From NCBI GenBank assembly GCA_963796455.1, contig CAWCLO010000003.1:1-64000 (forward strand): a DNA stretch of 64,000 nucleotides, written 5' to 3'. Below are positions 11,560 to 20,969 of this stretch, in pieces. The stretch comes from Candidatus Sulfomarinibacteraceae bacterium. GTDB lineage: Bacteria; Acidobacteriota; Thermoanaerobaculia; Thermoanaerobaculales; Sulfomarinibacteraceae. Numbering within the stretch: the first letter of the stretch is position 1; every line of letters starts with the position of its first letter. The translations under genes were made by a program, and so were the position numbers. The notes beneath the pieces were generated by a model. It had not been told where the DNA came from. It did not search any database and saw only the letters and a list, made by a program, of their open reading frames with translations.

Positions 11560-12297
11560 TTACGAATCGAGCCAGGTCACACGGCCGGTCCCCAGGTCGT
11601 AGACGGCGCCGACCACGAGCAAATCGCCCGCTTCGACCAGGCTTGAGATCACTTCACTCTGGGCGAGAAGATCGGCGATGGTCTGTCGGACGTTCTCTTC
11701 GATGGCGAGATCCAGGAACTCTTTGTTGGATGAGTTGGCCTCGCCCTCAGTGGCCTCGTCAGCCCGCGCGATGGGAGCGTCGAAATCATTCAGCAACTCG
11801 GTCAGATTACCGAGTTCGACTCCATCGGCCGCACCCTTGATGGCGCCGCAGGAGCTGTGGCCGAGGATCACGACGACCTTGGAACCGGCGACCTTGGTGG
11901 CGAACTCGAAGCTACCGACCATGTTGACATCCTCGACGTTGCCGGCGACTCGACCGACGAAGACATCGCCGATTCCTTGGTCGAAAACGATCTCGGGCGG
12001 TACGCGCGAGTCCACACAACTGAGAATGACGGCCTTGGGATACTGGCCACCGATGGCGGTGGCCTTGGCCTGCGCCATGTAGTCGCGCGGTGTCAGCTTG
12101 CCTGCGACGAAACGCTCGTTGCCTGCTTTGAGATCGGCCAATACTTGTATGGGTGTCAGCGCCTGTTGGCCGTCCGCGGTGAGCACATCGCTCACGAGCT
12201 TCGGGGACTGTGGGGCCTCGGGCATCGGTGCCGGCTGCGGGGCGCAGGCAGCGATGACGACGACGATGGTGAAGGTGAAAAGTGGAGTGAATTTCAT
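11560..12297 (-). CDS. Lipoprotein beta-class carbonic anhydrase
   Basis: Lipobox IAAC; SCVDSR, RVAGN and GHSSCGA zinc motifs. Confidence 0.93.
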   Translation of the reverse strand: MKFTPLFTFTIVVVIAACAPQPAPMPEAPQSPKLVSDVLTADGQQALTPIQVLADLKAGNERFVAGKLTPRDYMAQAKATAIGGQYPKAVILSCVDSRVPPEIVFDQGIGDVFVGRVAGNVEDVNMVGSFEFATKVAGSKVVVILGHSSCGAIKGAADGVELGNLTELLNDFDAPIARADEATEGEANSSNKEFLDLAIEENVRQTIADLLAQSEVISSLVEAGDLLVVGAVYDLGTGRVTWLDS

Positions 12298-12595
12298 GTC
12301 GGATCCCTTTCGGTTGACCCAGCACTGCCCAGAATGGACGGAGGTGTGCACGGAAGGTTGTCGATGATCCGGCGGGAGCGGAGCCGCCAGCCAGGCCAGA
12401 TACCCTGTCAGGATACAGACAGGCATTCAGTATTTCAATACACTGCTGTCCAAACCAGATCGTCATGAAGTTACCCACCTGATAACACGTGGTTTACGGG
12501 TTGGTTGTTGGCGTATCCGGTTCGCGGTTGCCCGTGCCCGCGTCCGCGCCCGAATTGCTGCGGCAGCGACAGCGTCCAGGGACAGCGTCAGGAAC

Positions 12596-13962
12596 GGTAC
12601 GACCCGGAGACATGGGTAACACTTTGTTCTAGGGACATGGGTAACACCTTTATCTTGGGAGGCTCATCGGAGGAAGAGCCATGCCGTGGATGGAGACGGA
12701 GCCAGTGATCCAGCGAATGGAGTTTGTAATGCGTGTCGCGAGCGGTCTTTACACGATGTCCGAAGCGTGTCGTCGCTCTGGAGTGAGTCGAAAGACCGGA
12801 TACAAGATATGGAAGAGATGGCTTTCAGAAAACGTGGAAGGTCTCCGTGATCGAAGTCGACGGCCCCACAGGTCGCCCAAACGAACGCCTCGAGACGTTG
12901 AGGAGCTGATCGTCAGTCTTCGTAAAGAGCACATGGATTGGGGTCCAAAGAAGCTGGCAAGAGTGCTGAGAGGTCGGTTTCCGGAGATGGAGTTGCCAGC
13001 ACAGAGCACAATCGCGGCCATTGTGAAGCGAAATGGCCTCATCGAGGAGAAACCGCGCCGAAAGAAGCACACTCACCCCGGGAAGCCATATATCGAAGTA
13101 ACCAGACCTAATCATCTTTGGACGACCGATTTCAAAGGGGAGTTCAAGACTGGCGATGGGGCCTATTGCTATCCGCTGACGGTGGCCGATCAGGACTCGC
13201 GGTACCTCCTGGCTTGTGAGGGGATGCTGTCGACAGGCTGCGTATTCGTGAGACCTGTTTTTGAGCGGCTCTTCAGAGATCACGGTTTGCCCGATGGGAT
13301 CCTTTCGGACAACGGTTCTCCGTTTGCATCGCGATCGATCCACGGCCTATCTGCATTGAATGTGTGGTGGATGCAGCTCGGTGTCCGGCACTATCGAATC
13401 GAGCCGGGCAAACCCCAGCAGAATGGCCGCCACGAGCGGATGCACCGGACATTGAAGGCGAAGACGGCCAGGCCACCAGCAAGTGATCTGTCTCGTCAGC
13501 AGGAGTTATTTGATGATTTTCTCGAGGAATTCAATGAGGTCCGCCCCCATGAGGCACTCGGCCAAGAAACTCCAGCATCGGTTTGGGAACCATCGACGAA
13601 AGAAATGCCTCAGAAGATCCCCAAACCCGAATACCCCAAACATTTTGTGAATCGCACCATCTGTTCTGCCGGCACGTTTCGATTCAGAAATGAGCGCGTC
13701 TTCGTCAGCCGGGCTCTCCAATACCAGCCCATCGGTCTCGAAGAGATCGATGACGGCATCTGGTCGATCTACTTCTACGACAATCTACTGGGGAGATTCG
13801 ACGAAAAGAACTGGAAGGTCATTCCATGAACGGGTTCAGTGAACTCGCTGTGGAAACTGTGGAAAGCTGGCTCCGCCACCTTCCCACAGTTTCCACAACA
13901 CGACAACGATGTGTTACCTATGTCCCTAGAAGATTCCGTTACCTATGTCCCCGGCCTCTACA
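12596..13962 (+). mobile_element. IS481-family insertion sequence
   Basis: 25-bp imperfect terminal IRs (GGTACGACCCGGAGACATGGGTAAC / GTTACCTATGTCCCCGGCCTCTACA), each with a second internal GACATRGGTAAC copy. Confidence 0.92.
12681..13829 (+). CDS. IS481-family DDE transposase
   Basis: MPW start, HTH SRKTGYK, WTTDFKG, SDNGSPF and PQQNGRHERMHRTLK motifs. Confidence 0.96.
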   Translation: MPWMETEPVIQRMEFVMRVASGLYTMSEACRRSGVSRKTGYKIWKRWLSENVEGLRDRSRRPHRSPKRTPRDVEELIVSLRKEHMDWGPKKLARVLRGRFPEMELPAQSTIAAIVKRNGLIEEKPRRKKHTHPGKPYIEVTRPNHLWTTDFKGEFKTGDGAYCYPLTVADQDSRYLLACEGMLSTGCVFVRPVFERLFRDHGLPDGILSDNGSPFASRSIHGLSALNVWWMQLGVRHYRIEPGKPQQNGRHERMHRTLKAKTARPPASDLSRQQELFDDFLEEFNEVRPHEALGQETPASVWEPSTKEMPQKIPKPEYPKHFVNRTICSAGTFRFRNERVFVSRALQYQPIGLEEIDDGIWSIYFYDNLLGRFDEKNWKVIP

Positions 13963-14074
13963 AACCAGCGATCAGTGTTCAGGGACGGGGAACAGCGGCA
14001 GCGATCAAGAGTCCAGTCGGCGAAGTGGCCACCTCCGGGCCGTTCAACAGAAGGGGTGGCCGGTGGGCGGCCGT

Positions 14075-14211
14075 TTCGGTAGAGACCGGTTAAACCACTG
14101 GAGAATCGCCTACGCCTCGGCGAAAGAGGTCGACAGCCACTTGGAGCTCCTCGCCCACGCCGGGGCGATCAGCCCGAACGGAGCCGGCGGCTGTTGAACC
14201 CAAAAACGTGA
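14075..14211 (+). pseudogene. Four-helix-bundle gene fragment
   Basis: FGRDRLNHWRIAYASAKEVDSHLELLAHAGAISPNGA and RLLNPKT* match the 36643-36997 gene; two internal deletions. Confidence 0.85.
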
Positions 14212-14509
14212 GCGCTGATCGCTGTCGCTGACAGCTGAATTCTGCCGCTGATCACCGATCGCTGTTGGCTGCCGCTGACTACTGTTCGCTGACCCTGAAC
14301 ACTGATCGCTGTTCCCTATAGATTGAGAGGTCTGTAGATCGGCGATGTGGCTGAGACGCTTCTTCGTCAGTCCGCCTTTTCGGTGCTTTCAGTGAGCCCG
14401 CTCGGATTCGACTCATCACCTTAGTGTGATGCAGGCGGCGGGGAGTGGGGGTGCCGGCCGGTTGTGTGGACGGCCGGCGAGAACGAATTTTCACCTGTCG
14501 AAGTGGAGA

Positions 14510-14529
14510 CGATTACAAAACTGTAATCG
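14510..14529. promoter_or_regulatory. Palindromic operator ATTAC-N6-GTAAT
   Basis: CGATTACA-AAAC-TGTAATCG, perfect 8-bp arms. Confidence 0.5.
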
Positions 14530-14713
14530 AGGAGAAGGGGCCCTGTACATCATGAGCCAATAACTTGGTGGCATGGCTGAAGGCCTACCCACCCGGTGGT
14601 TGTCGCAAGACAGTCGCTATCCGGTACCGAATGACCGTTCACGGACATGGGGAGTACGGGCCAAACCCCCATCGCCCGGAACGCGGGTGGTCCCTCCGCC
14701 TCTTAGGGATCGG

Positions 14714-15469
14714 ATGCCCTTCGATCTCGGCCAAATTTGCGCTACAGCCGGATTGTTGAAACTGACCGTTTGTTTCGCAGGTCTCTTTCCCGTTTTTTTT
14801 GGGTGCTCTCCGAGCCCGACGCACGAGGAGGGGTTTTCGGCGTCGATTCGGAACGCCTTTGATGTCGAAGCCGGCTCGGCAGATTCAGAATTTACAAACG
14901 AATACATATCAATCGTCAAACACGATCTCCTTCCCGGGGAGAAGATCGATTTACGACACGGTGAAATGCATCTGTACGCGTTGAATGATCAGACGTTGAA
15001 GACCACCGACTTCAAGGGTCACTACACCTTTCACGTTTTCCAAGCCGGAAATGGCTATTGCCTGAAGCAAGGGCCCCAACTCGCCGAGAATACTGGGAGC
15101 GAAAGGGCCCGATTCCTCGCCATCAAGAGGTCGATGAGGGCTCTACCCACGTGTGTGGCCGCCCCCGCGGGTCCAGATCCAGTGGCTATTCTGTCGGGCA
15201 GCGCGCGGACCGTTCTTGACACCGACGAAATCAAGGGGACGGCGCTCGACCTGAAACCGGGACAAGCGCTTCCAGCTTCGTTGCCAACAGCCTGGATTGT
15301 GTACCCCCTCAATTCGTTCACGTTTGAAGCGGACACCGTGCCCGAAGAATCGATGCAAACCCACCTCGACGAAGGGGTGGCCTATTGGGACCTGTGTCGT
15401 CCTCTGTCAGGTACAAATCGATCCAACGTAAACGCCCGCTTCGTTGTTTTTGAGCTCAAACCACCATGA
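14714..15469 (+). CDS. Hypothetical lipoprotein, possibly a tandem cupin-like fold (start uncertain)
   Basis: Hydrophobic stretch with lipobox FFGC; two internally similar halves (L.PG.....H/ENTG..RARF; LKPGQ/TNRS..NARF). Confidence 0.55.
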   Translation: MPFDLGQICATAGLLKLTVCFAGLFPVFFGCSPSPTHEEGFSASIRNAFDVEAGSADSEFTNEYISIVKHDLLPGEKIDLRHGEMHLYALNDQTLKTTDFKGHYTFHVFQAGNGYCLKQGPQLAENTGSERARFLAIKRSMRALPTCVAAPAGPDPVAILSGSARTVLDTDEIKGTALDLKPGQALPASLPTAWIVYPLNSFTFEADTVPEESMQTHLDEGVAYWDLCRPLSGTNRSNVNARFVVFELKPP

Positions 15470-15674
15470 GAATAATGATGTTGCCTGGGCATTTTGCCCA
15501 AATCCCACCGTGCCAAATCCACCTCGGTGCCATTCGGGTAGGTTCGCTCCCGGAACACCTCTCTCGAAAAACTCGGAGACAGGAGGTGACGGATTCGCAT
15601 GGGCTCCATTCCTTCATGCCCGTGGAGCATTTTCGCGCGCGTCCGGCCTCTGTCGGACGAGGGAGGCTCCGGTG

Positions 15675-17243
15675 ATGGTCTTCCGCAACAGGTATTTCCA
15701 GATTGGTGTCGCGGTCCTGGTTGGCATTCTGGTCTATGCCCTTCCGCGACCTGAGGGCACCGTTTTCGAGGTTTCCGGCGATCCCGACCGCGCCCTGGCA
15801 GAGCTGATGGTAGACCGTTTTGTGGTTGCCGACGTGGGTGGCTCCGGCGACACCTACCGCCTCGAAGAATCCACCGCCGGAGACAGACCGGGGGTCCTCC
15901 TGACTGAGACCGCGGCCGAACTCGGAAACGGCGTCCAAGTGCACTACGTGAACGGTCTGTCGCCAAAGGCCTTCCGCTTCCTTGCCGTTCTGGCGGCACT
16001 GATTGTTCTTTTCGTGGTTGAGCCGATTCCGCTCGAAATAACGGCGATTCTGATCGGGGTCTGTTTGGTTTCGTTCGACATCGTCGACGTCACCGCCGCA
16101 TGGGCTACCTACATGCATCCGGTTGTGGTGTTTATCATGTGTTGCTTGATCTTGGCCATCGCCCTTGAAAAGGCCGAACTCACCTTACGCCTGAGCCACG
16201 CCATCGCGAAGAGGGCAGGCACGAGTGTTATCCGATTCACCTTCATTCTATCGATTGGCCTTGGCATCGGTTCGGGTGTGCTCCACGACGCCGCCGCCAC
16301 CGCTATCGGCATTGCCACGATGATCCCCTTGATGCGTGCAGCAGGTATCGAACCGAATACCAACACGGCCCGATTCATGGTGCTGTCCCTGGCCTTTGCC
16401 TGTTCATGCGGCGGTATGGGCACATTGGTAGGCGGTGGCCGAAACATGGTCGCTGCAGCGTTCCTCAAGGAGTTGACCGGTATCGAGATCACATTCTTCG
16501 AATGGATCAAATTCGCACTCCCGATTGCGTTGGTAACGGTGCCGGCAGCGGTTTTGGTGGTTTATCTCGTCTACCGGCCTGACCCGAAATTCCAGCTTCC
16601 AACCTACGATGAGGAGCCTGGGCCATGGACACCAATTCAAATTCGCACCATCTTGATCCTTGGGGTAATCTTTATGGCGTGGTTGACCAAAGGCGTGCAC
16701 GGGATCGATTACTCGATCACCGGGATGATCGGAGTCGCGACGTTGGTCGCTTTCGGCGTCTTGCGATGGAGAGACATCCACGAGCATCTCGAGTGGGGAA
16801 CCGCGCTGTTCATCTTTGGCGGCGGGATTTGCCTGGGCCTTGCGATGGCCTCGTCGGGAGCCGCTTCCTACTTCGCTCATATCTTTTTCCCGCTGGTGGA
16901 GGGCAAAGGATGGGTAGTGTTGCTCGGTGGCGTCTGCATTTTTGGTGCGCTGGTCACCAACGCTATGGCCAACGTCGCGGCGGCTGCGCTCATCCTGCCG
17001 ATCGTCATTCCGCTTGCCCAACTCGAGGGAGTTGACCCAAGGGTGCTGGCTCTCGGCCTGGCCTGCGCCACGTCATTCGCCATGCTCCTCGTCATCGGTT
17101 GTCCGCCAAACGCGATCGCTTACTCATACCGCCAGTTCAGCGCCTTCGATCTCACTCGGGCAGGGCTGGTGGCAACCCCGTTGCTGCTCCTTCTTCTGCT
17201 GGTTACCGCCGGCATCTGGTGGAGTGTCCTCGGGCTGCTTTAG
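15675..17243 (+). CDS. SLC13/DASS family anion:sodium symporter
   Basis: GGGAGG RBS; VEPIPLEIT, GTLVGGGRN, NVAAAA and GCPPNAI motifs; many TM helices. Confidence 0.92.
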   Translation: MVFRNRYFQIGVAVLVGILVYALPRPEGTVFEVSGDPDRALAELMVDRFVVADVGGSGDTYRLEESTAGDRPGVLLTETAAELGNGVQVHYVNGLSPKAFRFLAVLAALIVLFVVEPIPLEITAILIGVCLVSFDIVDVTAAWATYMHPVVVFIMCCLILAIALEKAELTLRLSHAIAKRAGTSVIRFTFILSIGLGIGSGVLHDAAATAIGIATMIPLMRAAGIEPNTNTARFMVLSLAFACSCGGMGTLVGGGRNMVAAAFLKELTGIEITFFEWIKFALPIALVTVPAAVLVVYLVYRPDPKFQLPTYDEEPGPWTPIQIRTILILGVIFMAWLTKGVHGIDYSITGMIGVATLVAFGVLRWRDIHEHLEWGTALFIFGGGICLGLAMASSGAASYFAHIFFPLVEGKGWVVLLGGVCIFGALVTNAMANVAAAALILPIVIPLAQLEGVDPRVLALGLACATSFAMLLVIGCPPNAIAYSYRQFSAFDLTRAGLVATPLLLLLLLVTAGIWWSVLGLL

Positions 17244-17252
17244 GAGTCTGCC

Positions 17253-17693
17253 ATGCTCCAGATACCCATCGACATTCTCATCGTCGACGACGAGCGGGAC
17301 TTCGTGGAGATGTTGTCTCTGCGACTGATCGACGAGGGTCACCGGATACGCGCGGCGTACGACGGCGAAGAGGGTCTGGCTTCCCTCGAAGAAGCCTTAT
17401 GCGACGTTGTGATCCTCGACATTCGAATGCCAAAGATGGACGGGATCACCACGCTGAAAGAGATCAAGCGCTTGTATCCGGTCGTCGAGGTCATCCTGCT
17501 CACGGGACATGGCGCTGTTGATACTGCCGTCGAGGGGCTCAAGTCCGGAGCATTCGATTACGTCCAGAAGCCGGCTTGTTTCGAGGAGCTTCTCAAAAAG
17601 CTGGAGGCGGCCCGTTTCCGCAAGAATGAGCACGAGGAGCGGATCCGGCACGGCGAAGCGCGGATTCTGATGCGCCACAGCGGAGATGTTTGA
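17253..17693 (+). CDS. Single-domain response regulator
   Basis: IVDDE, LDIRMP, LTGHG and KP motifs. Confidence 0.93.
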   Translation: MLQIPIDILIVDDERDFVEMLSLRLIDEGHRIRAAYDGEEGLASLEEALCDVVILDIRMPKMDGITTLKEIKRLYPVVEVILLTGHGAVDTAVEGLKSGAFDYVQKPACFEELLKKLEAARFRKNEHEERIRHGEARILMRHSGDV

Positions 17694-19353
17694 GGACTAC
17701 GCATTGGATCCTCGCTATCAGCTGCTGTTCCGTCGCATGGCATTGACCGGGCTTGCGGTCTCGTTGATCCCACTCTACCTGGTGGGTGCTGCAATTTACA
17801 TCTATTTCGCCACAACCGTGGAACAAAACCAGCGGGTGCAGTTGAACAACCTCGCCATCAATCGCTCGGATGCCGTTCAGTTGTTTCTCGCCGAGCGAAC
17901 CGCCATGCTCGAAGCCCTTGTCCAAACCGCCACTCTTGAAAGATTGACGCTACCCGGCGAGTTACGAAACGTGCTCACGATCCTGAACAAGCGCCAACAG
18001 TCTTTCGTCGACCTTGGCATCGTCAATGTTGAAGGCGAACACCTTGCCTACGAGGGCCCGTATCCGCTTGAAGACCGCAACTACGGCGGTGAGGCATGGT
18101 TTGAAGAAACGATGATGCGAGGGGTATTCGTGAGCGATGTGTTCCTCGGTTTTCGCCGCGTGCCTCACTTCGTCATTGCGGTTCGCAGCGGGAACGAGCC
18201 AGAGCCGTGGATCCTCCGCGCCACCATCGACTCCGAAGTTTTTACGCGGCTCGTTCGCAGCGGGCAGATTGGGCTTACGGGAGACGCATACATCATCAAT
18301 CGTGACGGCCAGTATCAGACGCCACCGCGATTCGGCGGTGAGATCCTAAGCCATGTGCCCTTCAGCACCAACATCGCGCCACCCGGAGTGAATGTAGTAT
18401 CTCGAGAGAACATCGACGACCGGCGCGTGCTGACTGCCTTTGCCTGGATGACGGCCAAGGACTGGCTTCTAGTCATCGACCGTGATCCGAGGGAGCCTGC
18501 AACATCCCTCCGCGACGCCCTGAAACTCGAGTTGGTGGTTCTCCTAGCGGTGTCGCTATTGGTCGGCGGAGCGGTTGTGTTTCACACTCGCCAGCTGGTG
18601 GTGCGCTTCGCGGCCGAGGACAGAAAACGAGTTGCCGTGGAGGCGCAGCTGGCACATTCAGCGCGATTGGTTTCATTGGGTCGAATGGCCGCTGGCGTTG
18701 CCCACGAAATCAACAACCCATTGGCGGCCATCGGGGAAATGGCGGGTTTGATGGAAGATCTTATAGACGAGCAATTCCTCGCGACCGCAAAGCATGGTGC
18801 CCTCTTCAAGGAGAACGTTCGCAAGATCCAACAATACGTGGATCGGACCCGCGACATAACCCACCGGATGTTGGGTTTCGCCCGCCGTATGGAACCCCAC
18901 CAGGACACCTTTGACGTCAACGAAGTGGTAACTGAGGCGTTGTCCTTCATCGAGCGTGAGGCTTCGTTCCGCGAAATCGAGCTCATTCGCCAGTTTGATC
19001 CCGGTGTGCCGATGATCAGGAGTGACAGAGCTCAGCTGCAGCAGGTTGTCCTCAACCTCGCGAATAACGCCCTGGATGCCGTAAATGACGGCGGCCGCAT
19101 TATGGTTACGAGCCGCGCTGATGAGGACTTTGTGGTTTTGACCGTCGAGGATGACGGCATTGGTATTCCGACCGAGCTTCACGATCGGATCTTCGACCCG
19201 TTCTTCACGACCAAGGCCCCAGGCGAGGGCAGCGGCCTGGGGCTATCGGTTTGCCACACCATTGTCAAGGGCCTTCAGGGTTCGTTGACGTTCGAAAGCA
19301 CACCCAACGTTGGTACCGTGTTCAAGGTGCAGCTGCCCAGGAAATCGATGTGA
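17686..19353 (+). CDS. Membrane sensor histidine kinase (Cache domain, NtrB-like)
   Basis: Two TMs; AHEINNPL, NALDA, DDGIGI, PFFTTK and GSGLGL motifs. Confidence 0.94.
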   Translation: MFEDYALDPRYQLLFRRMALTGLAVSLIPLYLVGAAIYIYFATTVEQNQRVQLNNLAINRSDAVQLFLAERTAMLEALVQTATLERLTLPGELRNVLTILNKRQQSFVDLGIVNVEGEHLAYEGPYPLEDRNYGGEAWFEETMMRGVFVSDVFLGFRRVPHFVIAVRSGNEPEPWILRATIDSEVFTRLVRSGQIGLTGDAYIINRDGQYQTPPRFGGEILSHVPFSTNIAPPGVNVVSRENIDDRRVLTAFAWMTAKDWLLVIDRDPREPATSLRDALKLELVVLLAVSLLVGGAVVFHTRQLVVRFAAEDRKRVAVEAQLAHSARLVSLGRMAAGVAHEINNPLAAIGEMAGLMEDLIDEQFLATAKHGALFKENVRKIQQYVDRTRDITHRMLGFARRMEPHQDTFDVNEVVTEALSFIEREASFREIELIRQFDPGVPMIRSDRAQLQQVVLNLANNALDAVNDGGRIMVTSRADEDFVVLTVEDDGIGIPTELHDRIFDPFFTTKAPGEGSGLGLSVCHTIVKGLQGSLTFESTPNVGTVFKVQLPRKSM

Positions 19354-19386
19354 CCGGCATAATGGTTGGGAGAGGAGGCGAGTTCG

Positions 19387-19782
19387 ATGGCCGTTCGACT
19401 GCTTGTGGTCGATGACGAGGAAGACTTTCTGAGCTCGATCGTCATGCGGATCGAGCTGCGCGGTATTCAGGTCCGCGGAGTAGCCAGCGGCGTCGAAGCC
19501 ATCGCGTTTCTGCGAGCGAATCCGGAGGCGATCGATGTCGTCCTGCTTGACATTAAGATGCCGGGGATGGACGGCATCGAAACCCTCCGCCAGATCAAGA
19601 GTTGTTGCCCCTCCGTCCAGGTTATCGTGATTACCGGTCACGCCTCCCAGGAGTTCAGCCGACTCGGACGCGAACTCGGCGCCTTTGACTACCTGATCAA
19701 ACCGATACGGCTCGAGGCTGTTCTCGAGCGCATCGACGCAGCATTCCGCCGAACCCGTCAACCTGACAATAGAGCCGATTGA
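19387..19782 (+). CDS. Single-domain response regulator
   Basis: GAGGAGG RBS; VVDDE, LDIKMPG and KP motifs. Confidence 0.92.
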   Translation: MAVRLLVVDDEEDFLSSIVMRIELRGIQVRGVASGVEAIAFLRANPEAIDVVLLDIKMPGMDGIETLRQIKSCCPSVQVIVITGHASQEFSRLGRELGAFDYLIKPIRLEAVLERIDAAFRRTRQPDNRAD

Positions 19783-19807
19783 ACCGCAAATTCGATGGAC
19801 TGTTGTC

Positions 19808-20938
19808 TTGAATTCTGATGCAACTACTCCCCGCGTCCTGTTGGTCGATGACGAGATCGACTATCTCGACAATCTCGGCCAGCGGCTCGTACTGCGGGGA
19901 ATTCCGACGCTGAAAGCTTCGAGTGGACCTGAAGCTCTCTCGATCCTGGAATCTGAGGACGTGGACATCGTGGTGCTCGACGTCCGGATGCCGGGCATGG
20001 ATGGGATCGAGACCCTGCGTCGTATCAAGGAGGCACACCCGCGAATCGAGGTCGTGATGCTGACTGGTCACGCAGATCTGGAGACCTCCCTCGACGGGAT
20101 GCGATTCGGTTTCTTCGATTATCTGACCAAGCCCGTCCACATCGATACCCTCATCGCGAAGATCCACGATGCTCACGATCGGCGCGCCGGCGATGGGTTC
20201 AACGACGACACATTCAGCGGCAAGCTCAAGCAGCATATGGTCGTGGCCGATCGACTGGCGTCGCTCGGCGAATTGGCTGGAAGCATCGCACACGAAATCA
20301 ACAACCCGTTGGCGATCATCGCCGAGTCGGCCGGCTGGTTGAGGTCGCGCCTCGGCCACACCGAAGATGTGCCCGCGCAGGTCGAAGAGGACGCTTGTCT
20401 GGCACTGGAGAAGATTGAGAATGCGGTCGACCGGGCGCGGCGAATCAGTCAGAACTTTCTCCGATTCGCGCGCAGCCCGGACGCGAACGTGCGTGACATC
20501 AACATTGAGGACCTCGCCGCCGAGGTTGTGGATCTGACCGGCAAGACTGCGTACCATCGTGATGTCGCTGTCTCGATAATCCCCGAACCGGGCGCAGTTT
20601 TGCGCCTTTCGACGGATCCATACCAGCTGAGGCAAGTGTTGCTCAACTTGGTGACCAACGCCATCCAGGCAGTCCCCCGCCGTGGTCGCGTTCTGCTCAG
20701 GCTCGAGGGTGACGATCGAGAGGTCTCAATAGCAGTCGAAGACAATGGGCCAGGCATCCCGAAAGAGAATATCGAGCGGGTTTTCGAACCATTCTTCACC
20801 ACCAAACCCGATGGTCAGGGAACCGGTTTAGGCCTCGCAGTTTCCCGCGGTATCGTGGAGCGGCTCGGCGGACGCATCGAAATCGACAATCGCCCTGGTG
20901 AGGGGTGCACCTTTCGGGTAGTGGTGCCAAATACCTAG
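19808..20938 (+). CDS. Hybrid receiver-histidine kinase
   Basis: N-terminal receiver domain, then AHEINNPL and HATPase boxes. Confidence 0.92.
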   Translation: MNSDATTPRVLLVDDEIDYLDNLGQRLVLRGIPTLKASSGPEALSILESEDVDIVVLDVRMPGMDGIETLRRIKEAHPRIEVVMLTGHADLETSLDGMRFGFFDYLTKPVHIDTLIAKIHDAHDRRAGDGFNDDTFSGKLKQHMVVADRLASLGELAGSIAHEINNPLAIIAESAGWLRSRLGHTEDVPAQVEEDACLALEKIENAVDRARRISQNFLRFARSPDANVRDINIEDLAAEVVDLTGKTAYHRDVAVSIIPEPGAVLRLSTDPYQLRQVLLNLVTNAIQAVPRRGRVLLRLEGDDREVSIAVEDNGPGIPKENIERVFEPFFTTKPDGQGTGLGLAVSRGIVERLGGRIEIDNRPGEGCTFRVVVPNT

Positions 20939-20969
20939 GCCGTGCACTCACAAGGATCTTATACCTTTT

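Larger units (their letters stand above)
12441..14317 (+). mobile_element. Copy A of the CACT-ended four-helix-bundle element, internally deleted and split by IS481
   Basis: 12441-12595 matches 36275-36430; 13963-14317 matches the core motif, gene 3' part and right CAGCG/GCTG tract of copy B; right terminus missing. Confidence 0.8.
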
